This document shows positions 16,593-26,838 of a DNA stretch of 56,713 bases, piece by piece. How positions within the stretch are numbered: position 1 is the stretch's first letter; the number at the start of each line of letters is the position of its first letter. The position numbers and the translations under genes were made by a program. The DNA lies in assembly GCA_009780485.1 (NCBI GenBank), contig WQZZ01000001.1, positions 1 through 56,713 of the forward strand, given 5' to 3'. Source of the stretch: Defluviitaleaceae bacterium (lineage in GTDB: Bacteria > Bacillota > Clostridia > Lachnospirales > WRAX01). The notes beneath the pieces are model-generated. The model was not told the origin of the DNA and made no database searches. It saw only the letters and a program-made list of their open reading frames with translations.

Positions 16593-17069
16593 CTAACCCT
16601 TTGCTACATGCTTCAATGTGTCGCCTGATAGGCGGTAGGTTGTCCAACCATCCATAGGAACTGCTCCGAGGGATAGGTAGAAGTCGATACTTGGGGTGTT
16701 CCAATCCAAGCAACACCATTCAAATCGTCCACAACCACGGTCGACCGCAATTTTAGCGAGGTGCGACAACATTGTTTTGCCGTATCCTTTGCCCCTGTGT
16801 TCTGGGCGTATATACAAATCTTCTAGGTATATCCCGCCACGCCCCACGAATGTAGAAAAGTTATGAAAAAACAGGGCAAAGCCCACGGGTTCGCCATTCA
16901 CCTCGCCAAAAATCACTTCTGCCTTGCCTTTGTCAAAAATCCATTCTTGTAAAAGCTCCTCGGTTGCCACAACTTCATCCAGCATTTTTTCGTAAACCGC
17001 CAATTCCTTAATAAATGTAAAGATTAGTGGCACATCTGCTGTAGTTGCGTTCCTAATTGCAAAGCTCAT
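16593..17069 (-). CDS. GNAT-family N-acetyltransferase (diamine/SSAT-like)
   Basis: 158 aa. Acetyl-CoA motif RPEHRGKGYGKTML. Confidence 0.85.
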   Translation of the reverse strand: MSFAIRNATTADVPLIFTFIKELAVYEKMLDEVVATEELLQEWIFDKGKAEVIFGEVNGEPVGFALFFHNFSTFVGRGGIYLEDLYIRPEHRGKGYGKTMLSHLAKIAVDRGCGRFEWCCLDWNTPSIDFYLSLGAVPMDGWTTYRLSGDTLKHVAKG

Positions 17070-17073
17070 AAAA

Positions 17074-17838
17074 TCACCTCGCTCCCAATTTGTCTAACAT
17101 AATTTTGAAGAAGTTTTGGTTGGTTTTTGTTTGTATTTCTTGGGGTAGCTGGCTAATTAGCTTTGCCATCAACCCCGCCAACTGGGTCATAGCTGGCAGA
17201 ATGTTAGAAGCCGTTGCCGTCTCCCTAATTTGCTGAATTTCATCATGCAACCCGCTTGGGATGGCTTTATGTAAAGCTTTTAGTCCTAGCTGGGCAGTGT
17301 CCTTGCTATGAATATAGCGTGCAACCACAGAGACGTCCGCCATTTGGTGGGCAAAAAGATGTGTCGCCCATATTAAATCCCCACGTGAATGGGCTATATG
17401 AAACTCCAGCAGGGTAAAAGTGAAGCCGTTTATTTTGCTGACCAAAGCTTGGTCGGAAATGCCAAGTGAAGCCTGCTGGTAATTGTCTAGAACCCCATTT
17501 TTATCATAAATAATCTTAATGCTGTCAGTTTGGGGTATTGCACCAACATCCACAGTGTAAAGGTCGAAGTGCAAGAAATCTTCATAAACCCCCACAATTT
17601 GCGGACCAACAAAGTTGGATTCTACCCAGAACACCAAGGGCAAATATTTTTCCATATAGCAAATGCGTTTGTCCAAAAATTTTTCACGGTTTTCTTTGGT
17701 TACAGCGGCGTACATATCCACGTCCGACCAATCGTCGTCGTCCCCACGGGCGATAGAACCCTTTAGGAACAACGCTTCCACCAAACCATCTTTCAAAATT
17801 TCTTTGCTTACCACTTCTATTGCTTTGTGTCTATTCAT
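17074..17838 (-). CDS. nucleotidyltransferase-domain protein (ANT-like architecture, substrate unknown)
   Basis: Start trimmed to the ATG at 17838, after AAAAGGGGG. The longer ORF would run into a REP. Pol-beta NTase motif GSIARGDDDDWSDVDM, followed by a helical C-domain. Confidence 0.65.
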   Translation of the reverse strand: MNRHKAIEVVSKEILKDGLVEALFLKGSIARGDDDDWSDVDMYAAVTKENREKFLDKRICYMEKYLPLVFWVESNFVGPQIVGVYEDFLHFDLYTVDVGAIPQTDSIKIIYDKNGVLDNYQQASLGISDQALVSKINGFTFTLLEFHIAHSRGDLIWATHLFAHQMADVSVVARYIHSKDTAQLGLKALHKAIPSGLHDEIQQIRETATASNILPAMTQLAGLMAKLISQLPQEIQTKTNQNFFKIMLDKLGAR

Positions 17839-17942
17839 TTGTAAAGCACCCCCTTTTCGATTATAAAATTTGACAACCACATGACTAAAACTGTTATTGC
17901 CCGCCATAGTTCGATTGATGATACCGTACAATCCGAAGAATA

Positions 17943-17981
17943 GTGCCAGCAGATATAGGGCGAGCAATGCTCGCCCCTACC
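17943..17981. repeat. REP-like element (perfect palindrome GGGCGAGCAATGCTCGCCC)
   Basis: Flank GTGCCAGCAGATAT matches the flank of the 53826 copy. Confidence 0.85.
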
Positions 17982-18005
17982 AAGCGTGATATATTCCTAA
18001 AATGG

Positions 18006-20432
18006 TTATAATTTCCAAATTTCATCTGCGTATTGCTTAATTGTGCGGTCGCTGGAGAATTTTCCGCTTTTTGCTACATTCATAATCGCCATTTTAGCCC
18101 AATTATTTCTGTCGGTGTACAACTGTCCAACTTTCTCCTGTGCTGCGGTGTAGCTTGCGAAGTCTTGCAACACAAAGTATTCATCAGGACGCTGACCATG
18201 CCAGCCATTTAGTAAAGCCTCGTAAATCTCTCTAAACATTTCGTGGTTGTCGTCTAAAGTACCATTAATTAGCATATTAAGCACCTGTTGCACATTGCTA
18301 TCCATGTTATATACGTCCCATGGGTTGTAAGTTCTGCGTGAAACAAGCTCCGACACTTCCTGTGCGGACATTCCAAAAATCACAATATTTTCTTCCCCAA
18401 CCTCCTCAAAAATTTCCACATTGGCACCGTCCATTGTGCCGAGGGTTACAGCTCCATTTAACATAAATTTCATATTACCAGTACCACTCGCTTCCTTGCC
18501 TGCCGTGGAAATTTGCTGTGAAACATCGGCGGCAGGTATAAGTATCTCCGCCATACTTACACGGTAATTTTCCATGAAAATCACCTTTAGACGACCATCG
18601 ATTGCTGGGTCATTGTTTACCAAGTCTGCCACGGAGTTTATAAGCTTGATAATAAGTTTTGCACGGTGGTAACTGGCGGCAGCTTTTGCCCCAAAAATAA
18701 AGGTACGTGGTGGAATTTCAAGCCATGGTTGGGTTTTTAGCTTGTTGTAAATGGCAAGCACCTGCAAAATATTCATTAACTGACGCTTGTATTCGTGCAA
18801 GCGTTTTATTTGTATGTCAAAAATGCTATCTGGGTCAATAAGATGCCCAGTGGTTTCTTTTATGTGGTTTGCCAAAGCAATTTTGTTATTATGCTTAATT
18901 TTCATAAACTTATCAGCAAAGTTGCCATCGGTGGCATATGGTGCTAACTTCTCCAATTGGCTAAGGTCTTTTAGCCACCCATCCCCAATGGTATCGGTCA
19001 AAAGCCCAGCCAAGTCGGGGTTGCAGTGGGCAAGCCAACGCCTTTGGGTAATGCCATTGGTTTTGTTGTTAAATTTATCGGGATAAATTTGATAGAAGTC
19101 GGCAAGCTCGGTAGCTTTAAGTATATCGGTGTGGATTGCCGCAACACCATTAACAGAATGGCTGCCCACAATTGCAAGATACGCCATGCGGACATAACCA
19201 TCAGCAATAATTGCCATTTGGCGTAGTTTATTGGGGTCATACCCAAACCATTCTGTAATTTGCGCACAGAAGCGACGGTTAATTTCCTCAATAATCATAT
19301 AAATGCGTGGTAAAATACGGCTCATAAGCTCTGTTGGCCATTTTTCCAAGGCTTCTGCCATTAGGGTATGGTTGGTATAGGCACAGGTCTTGCGGGTAAC
19401 ATCCCAAGCCACGTCCCATGATAATCCGTTTTCGTCCACCAAAATCCGCATAAGTTCAGGCACAGCTACAGACGGGTGGGTGTCATTAAGTTGTAAGGCG
19501 ACTTTTTCGGGCAACAGTGTCAAATCGTCATGGGTTTCCAAAAAGCGAGCCACAATCCTTTGCAAGGTTGCCGAAATGAAAAAATATTGCTGACGCAGAC
19601 GCAATTCCTTGCCAGCCATTGTATCATCTGCGGGATATAATACTTTTGAAAGACTTCTTGCCAAGCTCTGCTCCTCCACCGCCTTGCCATACTCGCCTTG
19701 ACTAAAATATTCAAGGTTAAACTGGTTTACCGCCTCAGCTTCCCAAAGGCGAAGGGTATTCACTGTGTCAGTGTCGTATCCAGGGATGGGATAATCATAA
19801 GGGATTGCCAGTACATTTTGGGTGTTTTCCTGTACAAAACTATAACTTCCATCATCATTTTTGACAGCGGAAACCGAACCGCCAAATTTAACCTCCACAG
19901 CATAATCACGGCGAAGCACGCCCCAAGCGTCGCCCCTGTCCAGCCAATTGTCTGGTCGCTCCACTTGAAAGCCATCTTCGATACCTTGCTCGAAAATACC
20001 ATAACGATAGCGAATGCCACAACCATAGGCAGGTAAATTAAGGGTTGACAAGGAGTCCAAAAAGCAAGCCGCCAAACGCCCAAGACCTCCATTTCCAAGT
20101 CCAGGGTCACGTTCTGCATCTTCTACGGCGTTCAAATCAATCCCGAGTTCATCAAATGTTTCTTTTGCGATGCCTTTTAACGACAAATTAATTAGGGCAT
20201 TACCCAAAAACCTACCCATCAAAAATTCCATGGACAAATAATGCACAATCTTCACGTCTTGTTGGTTGTAAGCGTCATGGGTGGCAATCCATTTGTCTGT
20301 AAGCATCTCCCGCACAGTCACCGCCAAAGCATCGTAGAGCTGTGGGGTTGTGGCTGTTTCTGGTGTTTTGCGACTAATATTCCTTACGTTTTTAATAAAT
20401 TTTTCTTTGAAATCTTCTTTTTTTATCATCAT
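18006..20432 (-). CDS. glgP: glycogen/maltodextrin phosphorylase
   Basis: About 808 aa. PLP-lysine motif EASGTGNMKFMLNGA. Start set to the ATGATG after GGAGG. Confidence 0.93.
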   Translation of the reverse strand: MMIKKEDFKEKFIKNVRNISRKTPETATTPQLYDALAVTVREMLTDKWIATHDAYNQQDVKIVHYLSMEFLMGRFLGNALINLSLKGIAKETFDELGIDLNAVEDAERDPGLGNGGLGRLAACFLDSLSTLNLPAYGCGIRYRYGIFEQGIEDGFQVERPDNWLDRGDAWGVLRRDYAVEVKFGGSVSAVKNDDGSYSFVQENTQNVLAIPYDYPIPGYDTDTVNTLRLWEAEAVNQFNLEYFSQGEYGKAVEEQSLARSLSKVLYPADDTMAGKELRLRQQYFFISATLQRIVARFLETHDDLTLLPEKVALQLNDTHPSVAVPELMRILVDENGLSWDVAWDVTRKTCAYTNHTLMAEALEKWPTELMSRILPRIYMIIEEINRRFCAQITEWFGYDPNKLRQMAIIADGYVRMAYLAIVGSHSVNGVAAIHTDILKATELADFYQIYPDKFNNKTNGITQRRWLAHCNPDLAGLLTDTIGDGWLKDLSQLEKLAPYATDGNFADKFMKIKHNNKIALANHIKETTGHLIDPDSIFDIQIKRLHEYKRQLMNILQVLAIYNKLKTQPWLEIPPRTFIFGAKAAASYHRAKLIIKLINSVADLVNNDPAIDGRLKVIFMENYRVSMAEILIPAADVSQQISTAGKEASGTGNMKFMLNGAVTLGTMDGANVEIFEEVGEENIVIFGMSAQEVSELVSRRTYNPWDVYNMDSNVQQVLNMLINGTLDDNHEMFREIYEALLNGWHGQRPDEYFVLQDFASYTAAQEKVGQLYTDRNNWAKMAIMNVAKSGKFSSDRTIKQYADEIWKL

Positions 20433-20566
20433 TGATGCCTCCAAAAGTTGTATTATCGCTCATTATACTATACTTCCAAAAAAAATTCAATAGATGCAAA
20501 ATTTGTTCTTGACAATATAGTACTGATATGATATTATACTAGTATACTATTATACGAGGTGATTAT

Positions 20567-21112
20567 ATGTCATTACCACATGGTCTGCTGGGACTGTTGC
20601 AATACCGTGACCGTACGGGTTACGAGCTTGCAAAACTGTTTGAAGTTTCGCTAAACAAATTTTGGCACGCCCAATCCAGTCAAATTTATCGAGAGTTAGG
20701 ACGCTTGGAAGAACAGGGCTGGGTAACATCCCAAAATGTCATACAACAGGGCAAACCCAACAAAAAAGTCTATACAATTACAGAAAGTGGGCGGGCAGAG
20801 TTTCTGGGGTGGATGTGTACCCCTGCCCAATTATTCAAAAACCGTCATTCGCCCCTATTAATGTATACTTTCTTTGGGGCATCTGCCCCAGAGGTGACTT
20901 TGGAAAGACTTAAAAGGGTCAGAGGGGCGGTACAGTCAGCTGTGGAGGAACAATTGCCACAAAACCAAGCTGCCGTGGACACATTCAAAGCCATAGCGCC
21001 CAATGGAGAAAAGGAGGCGTTGTACTGGGAAATGACCGTTTCGTACGGCGTTTTGGAAGCCAAGGCACTATTGCAATGGCTGGATGAATGTATTGAGAAA
21101 TTAGAGGGCTGA
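20567..21112 (+). CDS. PadR-family transcriptional regulator
   Basis: LLGLL....GYEL......W.A..SQIY.EL..LE..GW signature. Its TTGACA promoter overlaps AT-rich inverted repeats at 20510..20550. Confidence 0.85.
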   Translation: MSLPHGLLGLLQYRDRTGYELAKLFEVSLNKFWHAQSSQIYRELGRLEEQGWVTSQNVIQQGKPNKKVYTITESGRAEFLGWMCTPAQLFKNRHSPLLMYTFFGASAPEVTLERLKRVRGAVQSAVEEQLPQNQAAVDTFKAIAPNGEKEALYWEMTVSYGVLEAKALLQWLDECIEKLEG

Positions 21113-21137
21113 CAACTAACATATGGAGGTAATAAAA

Positions 21138-22373
21138 ATGTTTAAGTTGATTAAGGAAAACAGAAATTTTCGTAAAATGGCTGTGTTTTCCACATTTGTT
21201 GGCATCGCACAGGTGATGCTGGGTATGTTTATGATGTGGGTGGTTCACGCAACATATCAAAACCCTATTTACACAGGTATTGCTGCGTTTATGCTGGTGG
21301 CACCCATGGCACTCAGCTTTGTGGTGGGGCCTTTGGTAGACAGATGGAACAAAGCCACGGTAATAAAATTCGCCACACTGGCAGAGCTTTTAGCGGTGGG
21401 TGGCTTGTTATTTAGCTATCTGGTATACTATCCTGGTGTGTGGCTGTTTTTTGCAGTTATTTTCCTATTTAGAACAGCACAAACCTTTGGAAGCCCAGCC
21501 TTTTCCGCCCTCATGCCCAAAGTGATTGACGGAAGTGACCTACCCGCCGCCAATTCTTCTCTTAACATAATTGCAATTTTGGCTGGCTTGCCCTTTGCTG
21601 CCATAATGTTTCTTACCATGGACAACGAGGGTGGCTTTGGAATGATTTATATGATAATGGCGGGCGTGTTGGTTTTAGGTTTGCTGTCATCCTTCTTTTT
21701 GCCCAATGACAAAGGCGAACAAACCGATAGATATGCCACAAAAACCTATTTCAAGGAGCTTGGTGCTGGCTTTTCCTTTGCGAAGGTCACTGTGCTTTTC
21801 CCTTTGATGGTTGCTACAATTTCTATGAGCTTTTTTGCAGATGTGGCATATGCCAACTTCCCAGCTTTTGCGGAACTGCACATGGGCGATGCCTCTGGTT
21901 ATATTCTGCTATCCGTCCTTGCTCTTACTGGCAGTTTGATAGGCAGTGTTTTGGTGGGTATAGTCCAAAATAGGCTTTCTCTTTTGAAGATTTTTGTAGG
22001 CGGTTTTATATTAATGGGACTTGTAAGAATTGGCTTTGTACAACTTATACAGGAATACAGAATTGCAGGTGTGCTGACATATGTTTTGTATGTTGGTATG
22101 GCAACAACAGTAGGAATACTTTTTCATGTAATAACCCAGAAACTGCCCCCAAAAAATCTCGTGGGCAGGATAAGAACCAACACAACCAGCCTGTCTTCAG
22201 TGGCTGCGGCTTTAGGGGCTTTGGCGGGTGGGTTTTTAGGTAGCGTATTGGGTGATGTAAATCTCATCTTTATGCTACAAGGTGCGTCTTATGTGCTTAT
22301 TGGCATTTGCCTGCTTCTCTCCAAAAAAGTTCGTGATTTGCCAAAGATTGGGGATTTACCCGAACAAGAATAA
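21138..22373 (+). CDS. MFS transporter
   Basis: About 12 predicted hydrophobic helices. PLVDRWNK loop motif. ATG at 21138 chosen (GGAGGT 7 nt upstream). Confidence 0.8.
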   Translation: MFKLIKENRNFRKMAVFSTFVGIAQVMLGMFMMWVVHATYQNPIYTGIAAFMLVAPMALSFVVGPLVDRWNKATVIKFATLAELLAVGGLLFSYLVYYPGVWLFFAVIFLFRTAQTFGSPAFSALMPKVIDGSDLPAANSSLNIIAILAGLPFAAIMFLTMDNEGGFGMIYMIMAGVLVLGLLSSFFLPNDKGEQTDRYATKTYFKELGAGFSFAKVTVLFPLMVATISMSFFADVAYANFPAFAELHMGDASGYILLSVLALTGSLIGSVLVGIVQNRLSLLKIFVGGFILMGLVRIGFVQLIQEYRIAGVLTYVLYVGMATTVGILFHVITQKLPPKNLVGRIRTNTTSLSSVAAALGALAGGFLGSVLGDVNLIFMLQGASYVLIGICLLLSKKVRDLPKIGDLPEQE

Positions 22374-22378
22374 CGCTA

Positions 22379-22405
22379 GTAGGGACGGGTAATGTCTGTC
22401 CCTAC
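22379..22405. repeat. degenerate REP-like hairpin GTAGGGAC / GTCCCTAC, probably the MFS terminator
   Basis: Shares the TAGGGACGGG..CCCTAC skeleton with the REP core. Followed by TATATTTTT. Confidence 0.5.
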
Positions 22406-22526
22406 TATATTTTTGCAGACGAACGGTCAGTCCAAAGGTCATTACCTATGGCTTTTTTGTTTCCGAAATTCATCCATTTTATAGTGAAAACAAAACTTAT
22501 CGCTAACTCGAAAATTGTAAAAAGGC

Positions 22527-22608
22527 TTGCATTTGGCTGTCACATAATGTATAATATAATTAAAGTTAGAAGTTTCTAAGTTTTAAGAGAATATTTAGAA
22601 AACTTAGA
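22527..22608 (+). promoter_or_regulatory. TTGCAT-17-TATAAT promoter and leader hairpin TCTAAGTTTT / AAAACTTAGA of abrB
   Basis: Hexamers at 22527..22532 and 22550..22555. The 10-bp stem at 22575-22584/22599-22608 lies just upstream of the AAAGGAGG RBS. Confidence 0.55.
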
Positions 22609-22630
22609 CAAAAGCAAAGGAGGAAATTTA

Positions 22631-22870
22631 ATGATAACACGTAAATTAGATGACTTAGGAAGGCTTGTAATCCCCAAAGAGATGCGGAGAACTCTTGATA
22701 TGATAGAGGGTGACAATTTGGCAATAACCCTGTCAGGCAGTAGCGTAATGGTAAGAAAATTTGCCACAGCTTGCGATTTCTGTAATAATGACGAGGAAGT
22801 TGTGCGTACAAACAGAGTCTTTTTGTGCCGTGATTGCACAGATATCCTCGAAGCTAAAAGGAGCAACTAG
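22631..22870 (+). CDS. abrB: AbrB-family transition-state-regulator-like protein with C-terminal CxxC..CxxC zinc ribbon
   Basis: RKLDDLGRLVIPKEMRRTL closely resembles the AbrB N-domain. C-terminal CDFC...CRDC. Confidence 0.75.
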   Translation: MITRKLDDLGRLVIPKEMRRTLDMIEGDNLAITLSGSSVMVRKFATACDFCNNDEEVVRTNRVFLCRDCTDILEAKRSN

Positions 22871-22915
22871 ACTTACATAAATTCATGTGTAGTTCTTTTC
22901 TAACTTAGGAAATTA

Positions 22916-22946
22916 CCTCTGCTATTGTACTTTGCAGGGGTTTTTG
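22916..22946 (+). terminator. intrinsic terminator after abrB
   Basis: CCTCTGC / GCAGGGG stem followed by TTTTT. Confidence 0.65.
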
Positions 22947-23060
22947 GTGTAAAATTATATATAATTACCGCAACTTTAGGATAAACTTAAAACCCACATT
23001 CAATAAGCCAATACATAGCTTAATGAATGTGGGTTTTATCGTTGTTAAAGCTTTTAGGTT

Positions 23061-26000
23061 CTAAGCAAAATATCTCACACCAGAATTAAAGATTCTTTGG
23101 TCAAAATTACCTGGGATGTTCTTGTAGAAATCCCCACGCTCGCTATGGCACATTTTTCCAAGTATACGACCCGTGGGGTCGGTAATGCCTTCGATTGCCA
23201 TGAAGGTGCCATTCGGGTTATATGGCAAGCTTGCCATGGGTTGCCCATTGTGATTTACAAAGGCGGTGACAACTTGCCCATTTTCAAACAGTTTTTCGGC
23301 AACTTCTGAAGTACATACAAAGCGACCTTGACCGTGACTGGCAGCAACACGATGAATTTCACCTACATCTGTCCCCGCCAACCAAGGAGATTTGTTGGAA
23401 TGGATTTTTGTCATGGCAAAGTTGGATATGTGACGACCAATTGAGTTGCTTGCCAATGTCGGGGAGTTTGCTGATAGAGGGCCGATTTTACCGAAGGGCA
23501 AAAGTCCCATTTTAACCAGACCTTGAAAGCCGTTACAAATACCTATAACAAGTCCTTCACGGTCATATATTAGGCGGTGGGTAGCTTCTGTTATAGCTGG
23601 GTTGGAGAAGATTGCAGCGATGAATTTCGCACTACCTTCTGGCTCATCTCCCGCCGAGAAACCGCCAGGTATTGCAATTATTTGGGCATCATCAATCCGC
23701 CTTGCCATTTCCGCAACAGAATCTTGGAAGGATTTTAGAGTTAGGTTGTTAATAACCATAATATCTGCGTTTCCGCCCTCTCCTCGGAAAGCGGTTGCAA
23801 TGTCAAATTCGCAATTGCTTCCTGGGAAAACAGGTATGAAGGCGGTGGGTTTTGCAACCTTATTTTTTGCCACGTAAATTTCTTTGGTTTTGTGGGGTGC
23901 TGGCAGGTCAAGTACCTTTTCTTCCACGTCAATCATACCTGTGGGGAACACGCTATCCAGCGGTAACATCCATGTGCGTATACATTCATCAATGCAGATT
24001 TCTGTGCCGTTGATATTTAGTGTAGGTGTGTCCACGGTATTTCCGATAACTTCCAGTCCGCAATCCCCTGTGGTTTCTAAGAGGAAAAAGCCTGCTTCTT
24101 TGGCGTGGGTGTTAAAAAAGTCGCCATTATAGTTAATTGTGGCACCAATTTTGTTTCCAAACGCCATTTCAGAAATGGCACAGGCAATGCCACCAAATCC
24201 TATTACACGAGCGGACACAACCTTGCCCTGTAAAATTAGTTGGTGAAGTTTTGTGAAGTTGTTACGCAAATCTTCAAAGCAAGGTAGGTCGTATTCTGTT
24301 TGCTTTGTACGCATTATGGCGACTTTGTTGCCTGACTTCTTAAATTCTGGTGAAATAATGTCTTTTATTGGGGTTGCCACAGCAGAGAAGCTGGCAAGGG
24401 TTGGCGGTACATGAATATCCTTAAACGTGCCACTCATAGAGTCTTTACCACCGATTGCTGGCAAACCAAGCCCCATTTGTGCAGCAAACGCACCCAGTAA
24501 AGCTCCAAATGGCTTGCCCCAACTTTCCTCACTGGTAAGCCTTTCAAAATATTCTTGAAAACTTAGACGAACCTTGGTAAAGTCTGCACCATGGGCAACA
24601 AGACGGGCAACGGATTGCACAACGGCGTAAACCGCACCATGATAGGGACTTTTCTCGCTAACATATGGGTCAAGACCAAAGGACATCATTGAAGCTGTCC
24701 CTGTCTTTCCATACAAAACAGGAATACGTGCCGCCATGGCGTGTCCTGGCGTCAACTGGTATTTACCCCCAAAAGGTGCAAGTACCGTGCCAGCCCCAAC
24801 GGTGGGGTCGAAATGCTCCACAAGCCCTTTTTGGCTTGCTACATTTAAGTCGCTTAGCATTTTAAGCCAGTTTTCTTTGGTTGGGGCTTGGGGTTCGACA
24901 GTCGCCTCCTTGATGGGCGAGGTTAGACGCACACTGGTCTTTTGGGTAATGCCAGAGGTGTCAAGAAATTCACGTGAAACATCCACAATCTTCTTGCCCC
25001 GCCACATCATTACCAGTCTGCCTGTATCAGTTATTTTGGCTATTTCATAGGCTTCCAAATTCTCCTCAAAAGCCATCTGAATAAGCTTTTCGGCGTCTTT
25101 TGCGTGTACAACCGCCGCCATACGCTCCTGAGATTCGGATATGGCAAGCTCTGTGCCATCCAAGCCATCATATTTTGTTTTTATAACATCTAAATTAATT
25201 TCTAGAGAGTCGGCAAGCTCACCCACGGCAACGGACACACCACCAGCACCAAAATCATTGCAACGGATAATCAGTTTTATAGCTTCTGGATTACGGAAAA
25301 GCCTTTGCAATTTCCGCTGGGTAACAGGGTTGCCCTTTTGCACCTCAGCCCCAACACTGCCTAGGGATTCCTCGTCATGCCCTTTGGATGAACCTGTAGC
25401 ACCACCAACCCCATCACGACCAGTACGCCCTCCGATAAGCAAAACAACATCCCCTACCTCAGGGCGTTTGCGAACTACATGAGAGCGTTTAACAGCACCA
25501 ATAACAGCACCAATTTCCATACGCTTGGCTTTGTAACCCTCGTGGTAAATTTCGTTTACCAACCCTGTCGCCAAGCCCATTTGGTTGCCATAGGACGAAT
25601 ACCCTGCCCCCGCTTGGGTGGTGATAAGACGCTGTGGTAATTTGCCTTCCAAAGTTTCGGTAGAATTGGGATTGGCACAGCCACTTAAACGCATGGCTTG
25701 ATATACATAGGCTCTCCCAGACAATGGGTCACGAATTGCCCCGCCAAGGCAGGTGGCTGCCCCGCCAAACGGCTCAACCTCTGTGGGATGGTTATGGGTT
25801 TCGTTTTTGAACATCAGAAGCCATTCTTCATTCTTACCATCAACGTCCACATCAATTATAATACTACAAGCGTTTATTTCCTCGGAAATATCTAAATCTT
25901 CTAATTTACCTTCTTGTCGAAGAATTTTTGCACCAATGGTCGCCATATCCATTAGGGAAATAGGTTTGTCCTTGTCCCCATGCACCTTGGCACGTACAGC

Positions 26001-26759
26001 CTTATAGTCTGCAAAGGTCTGTTCAAACAAAGCCTTATATGGACCATCCTCAATTTCTACGTTTTCCAAAGTTGTGTGAAAAGTTGTGTGACGGCAATGG
26101 TCGCTCCAATAAGTATCAATCATTTTAATTTCTGTAATGGTAGGCTCACGACGTTCTGTGTCACGGAAATAGTTCCGTAAAAATGCAAAGTCATCTAAAT
26201 TCATAGCCATGCCCATATTTTTATGGATTTGGGCAAGTTCATCATCACTTTTTGCGATAATTTCAAGGGTTGCCACATCTGCAGGAGCATCGCTGTCACC
26301 AATAGCGTAAATTGGCGTGTTAAGCTCCACTTGACGGCTATCTACAGGGTTAATGGTGTCCGACAAAATCATATCTTTGTCAGCATCTGTCAAATCACCT
26401 TCCACCAGATGAAACTTCGCATACTGGATTGAAGGCAATTTACCCGTAATAACTTGTGCGCATTGCTCTGCCCAATCCGACCGCTGGTCATATTGCCCAG
26501 GCAACAAAGCCTTACCAAAAATAAAGCCATCGCCATCAAGGGTGCTTGTGGCTATATCCACATTAGCCTCAGCAAGCACACGATGGGCAAATTGGTTAAA
26601 TTCCTCCGCCCCAAGACCTTGCACATCATAACAATGAAAAATCCGCAAGTCCGTGGCATTTGTAACACCCAAATTACCCTGTATATGCTCCAATAACTTT
26701 TTGGCTTCTGTGTCAAAGCCCGCTTTCTTCTCGACAAAAATCCTCATGTTTTCCGCCAT
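23061..26759 (-). CDS. purL: phosphoribosylformylglycinamidine synthase, single-chain large form
   Basis: 1232 aa with a C-terminal glutaminase domain (GICNGFQ, HSERG). TTGACG-17-TATAAT promoter and a leader of only about 40 nt. Confidence 0.95.
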   Translation of the reverse strand: MAENMRIFVEKKAGFDTEAKKLLEHIQGNLGVTNATDLRIFHCYDVQGLGAEEFNQFAHRVLAEANVDIATSTLDGDGFIFGKALLPGQYDQRSDWAEQCAQVITGKLPSIQYAKFHLVEGDLTDADKDMILSDTINPVDSRQVELNTPIYAIGDSDAPADVATLEIIAKSDDELAQIHKNMGMAMNLDDFAFLRNYFRDTERREPTITEIKMIDTYWSDHCRHTTFHTTLENVEIEDGPYKALFEQTFADYKAVRAKVHGDKDKPISLMDMATIGAKILRQEGKLEDLDISEEINACSIIIDVDVDGKNEEWLLMFKNETHNHPTEVEPFGGAATCLGGAIRDPLSGRAYVYQAMRLSGCANPNSTETLEGKLPQRLITTQAGAGYSSYGNQMGLATGLVNEIYHEGYKAKRMEIGAVIGAVKRSHVVRKRPEVGDVVLLIGGRTGRDGVGGATGSSKGHDEESLGSVGAEVQKGNPVTQRKLQRLFRNPEAIKLIIRCNDFGAGGVSVAVGELADSLEINLDVIKTKYDGLDGTELAISESQERMAAVVHAKDAEKLIQMAFEENLEAYEIAKITDTGRLVMMWRGKKIVDVSREFLDTSGITQKTSVRLTSPIKEATVEPQAPTKENWLKMLSDLNVASQKGLVEHFDPTVGAGTVLAPFGGKYQLTPGHAMAARIPVLYGKTGTASMMSFGLDPYVSEKSPYHGAVYAVVQSVARLVAHGADFTKVRLSFQEYFERLTSEESWGKPFGALLGAFAAQMGLGLPAIGGKDSMSGTFKDIHVPPTLASFSAVATPIKDIISPEFKKSGNKVAIMRTKQTEYDLPCFEDLRNNFTKLHQLILQGKVVSARVIGFGGIACAISEMAFGNKIGATINYNGDFFNTHAKEAGFFLLETTGDCGLEVIGNTVDTPTLNINGTEICIDECIRTWMLPLDSVFPTGMIDVEEKVLDLPAPHKTKEIYVAKNKVAKPTAFIPVFPGSNCEFDIATAFRGEGGNADIMVINNLTLKSFQDSVAEMARRIDDAQIIAIPGGFSAGDEPEGSAKFIAAIFSNPAITEATHRLIYDREGLVIGICNGFQGLVKMGLLPFGKIGPLSANSPTLASNSIGRHISNFAMTKIHSNKSPWLAGTDVGEIHRVAASHGQGRFVCTSEVAEKLFENGQVVTAFVNHNGQPMASLPYNPNGTFMAIEGITDPTGRILGKMCHSERGDFYKNIPGNFDQRIFNSGVRYFA

Positions 26760-26838
26760 GTTTATCCTCCACCCTTGTTTGCGATTTCACTTACGTATAT
26801 TATAACCCCCGCCCACAAATCCGTCAACAACTTTCTTC

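Noticed and set aside
20445-20566. AT-rich repeats (ATAGTACT / AGTATACTAT) between glgP and padR, considered as a PadR operator.
   Set aside because: Plausible, but the repeats are imperfect and sit in low-complexity sequence. They do not match the ATGT-N8-ACAT PadR pattern I remember, so this is left as a note only.
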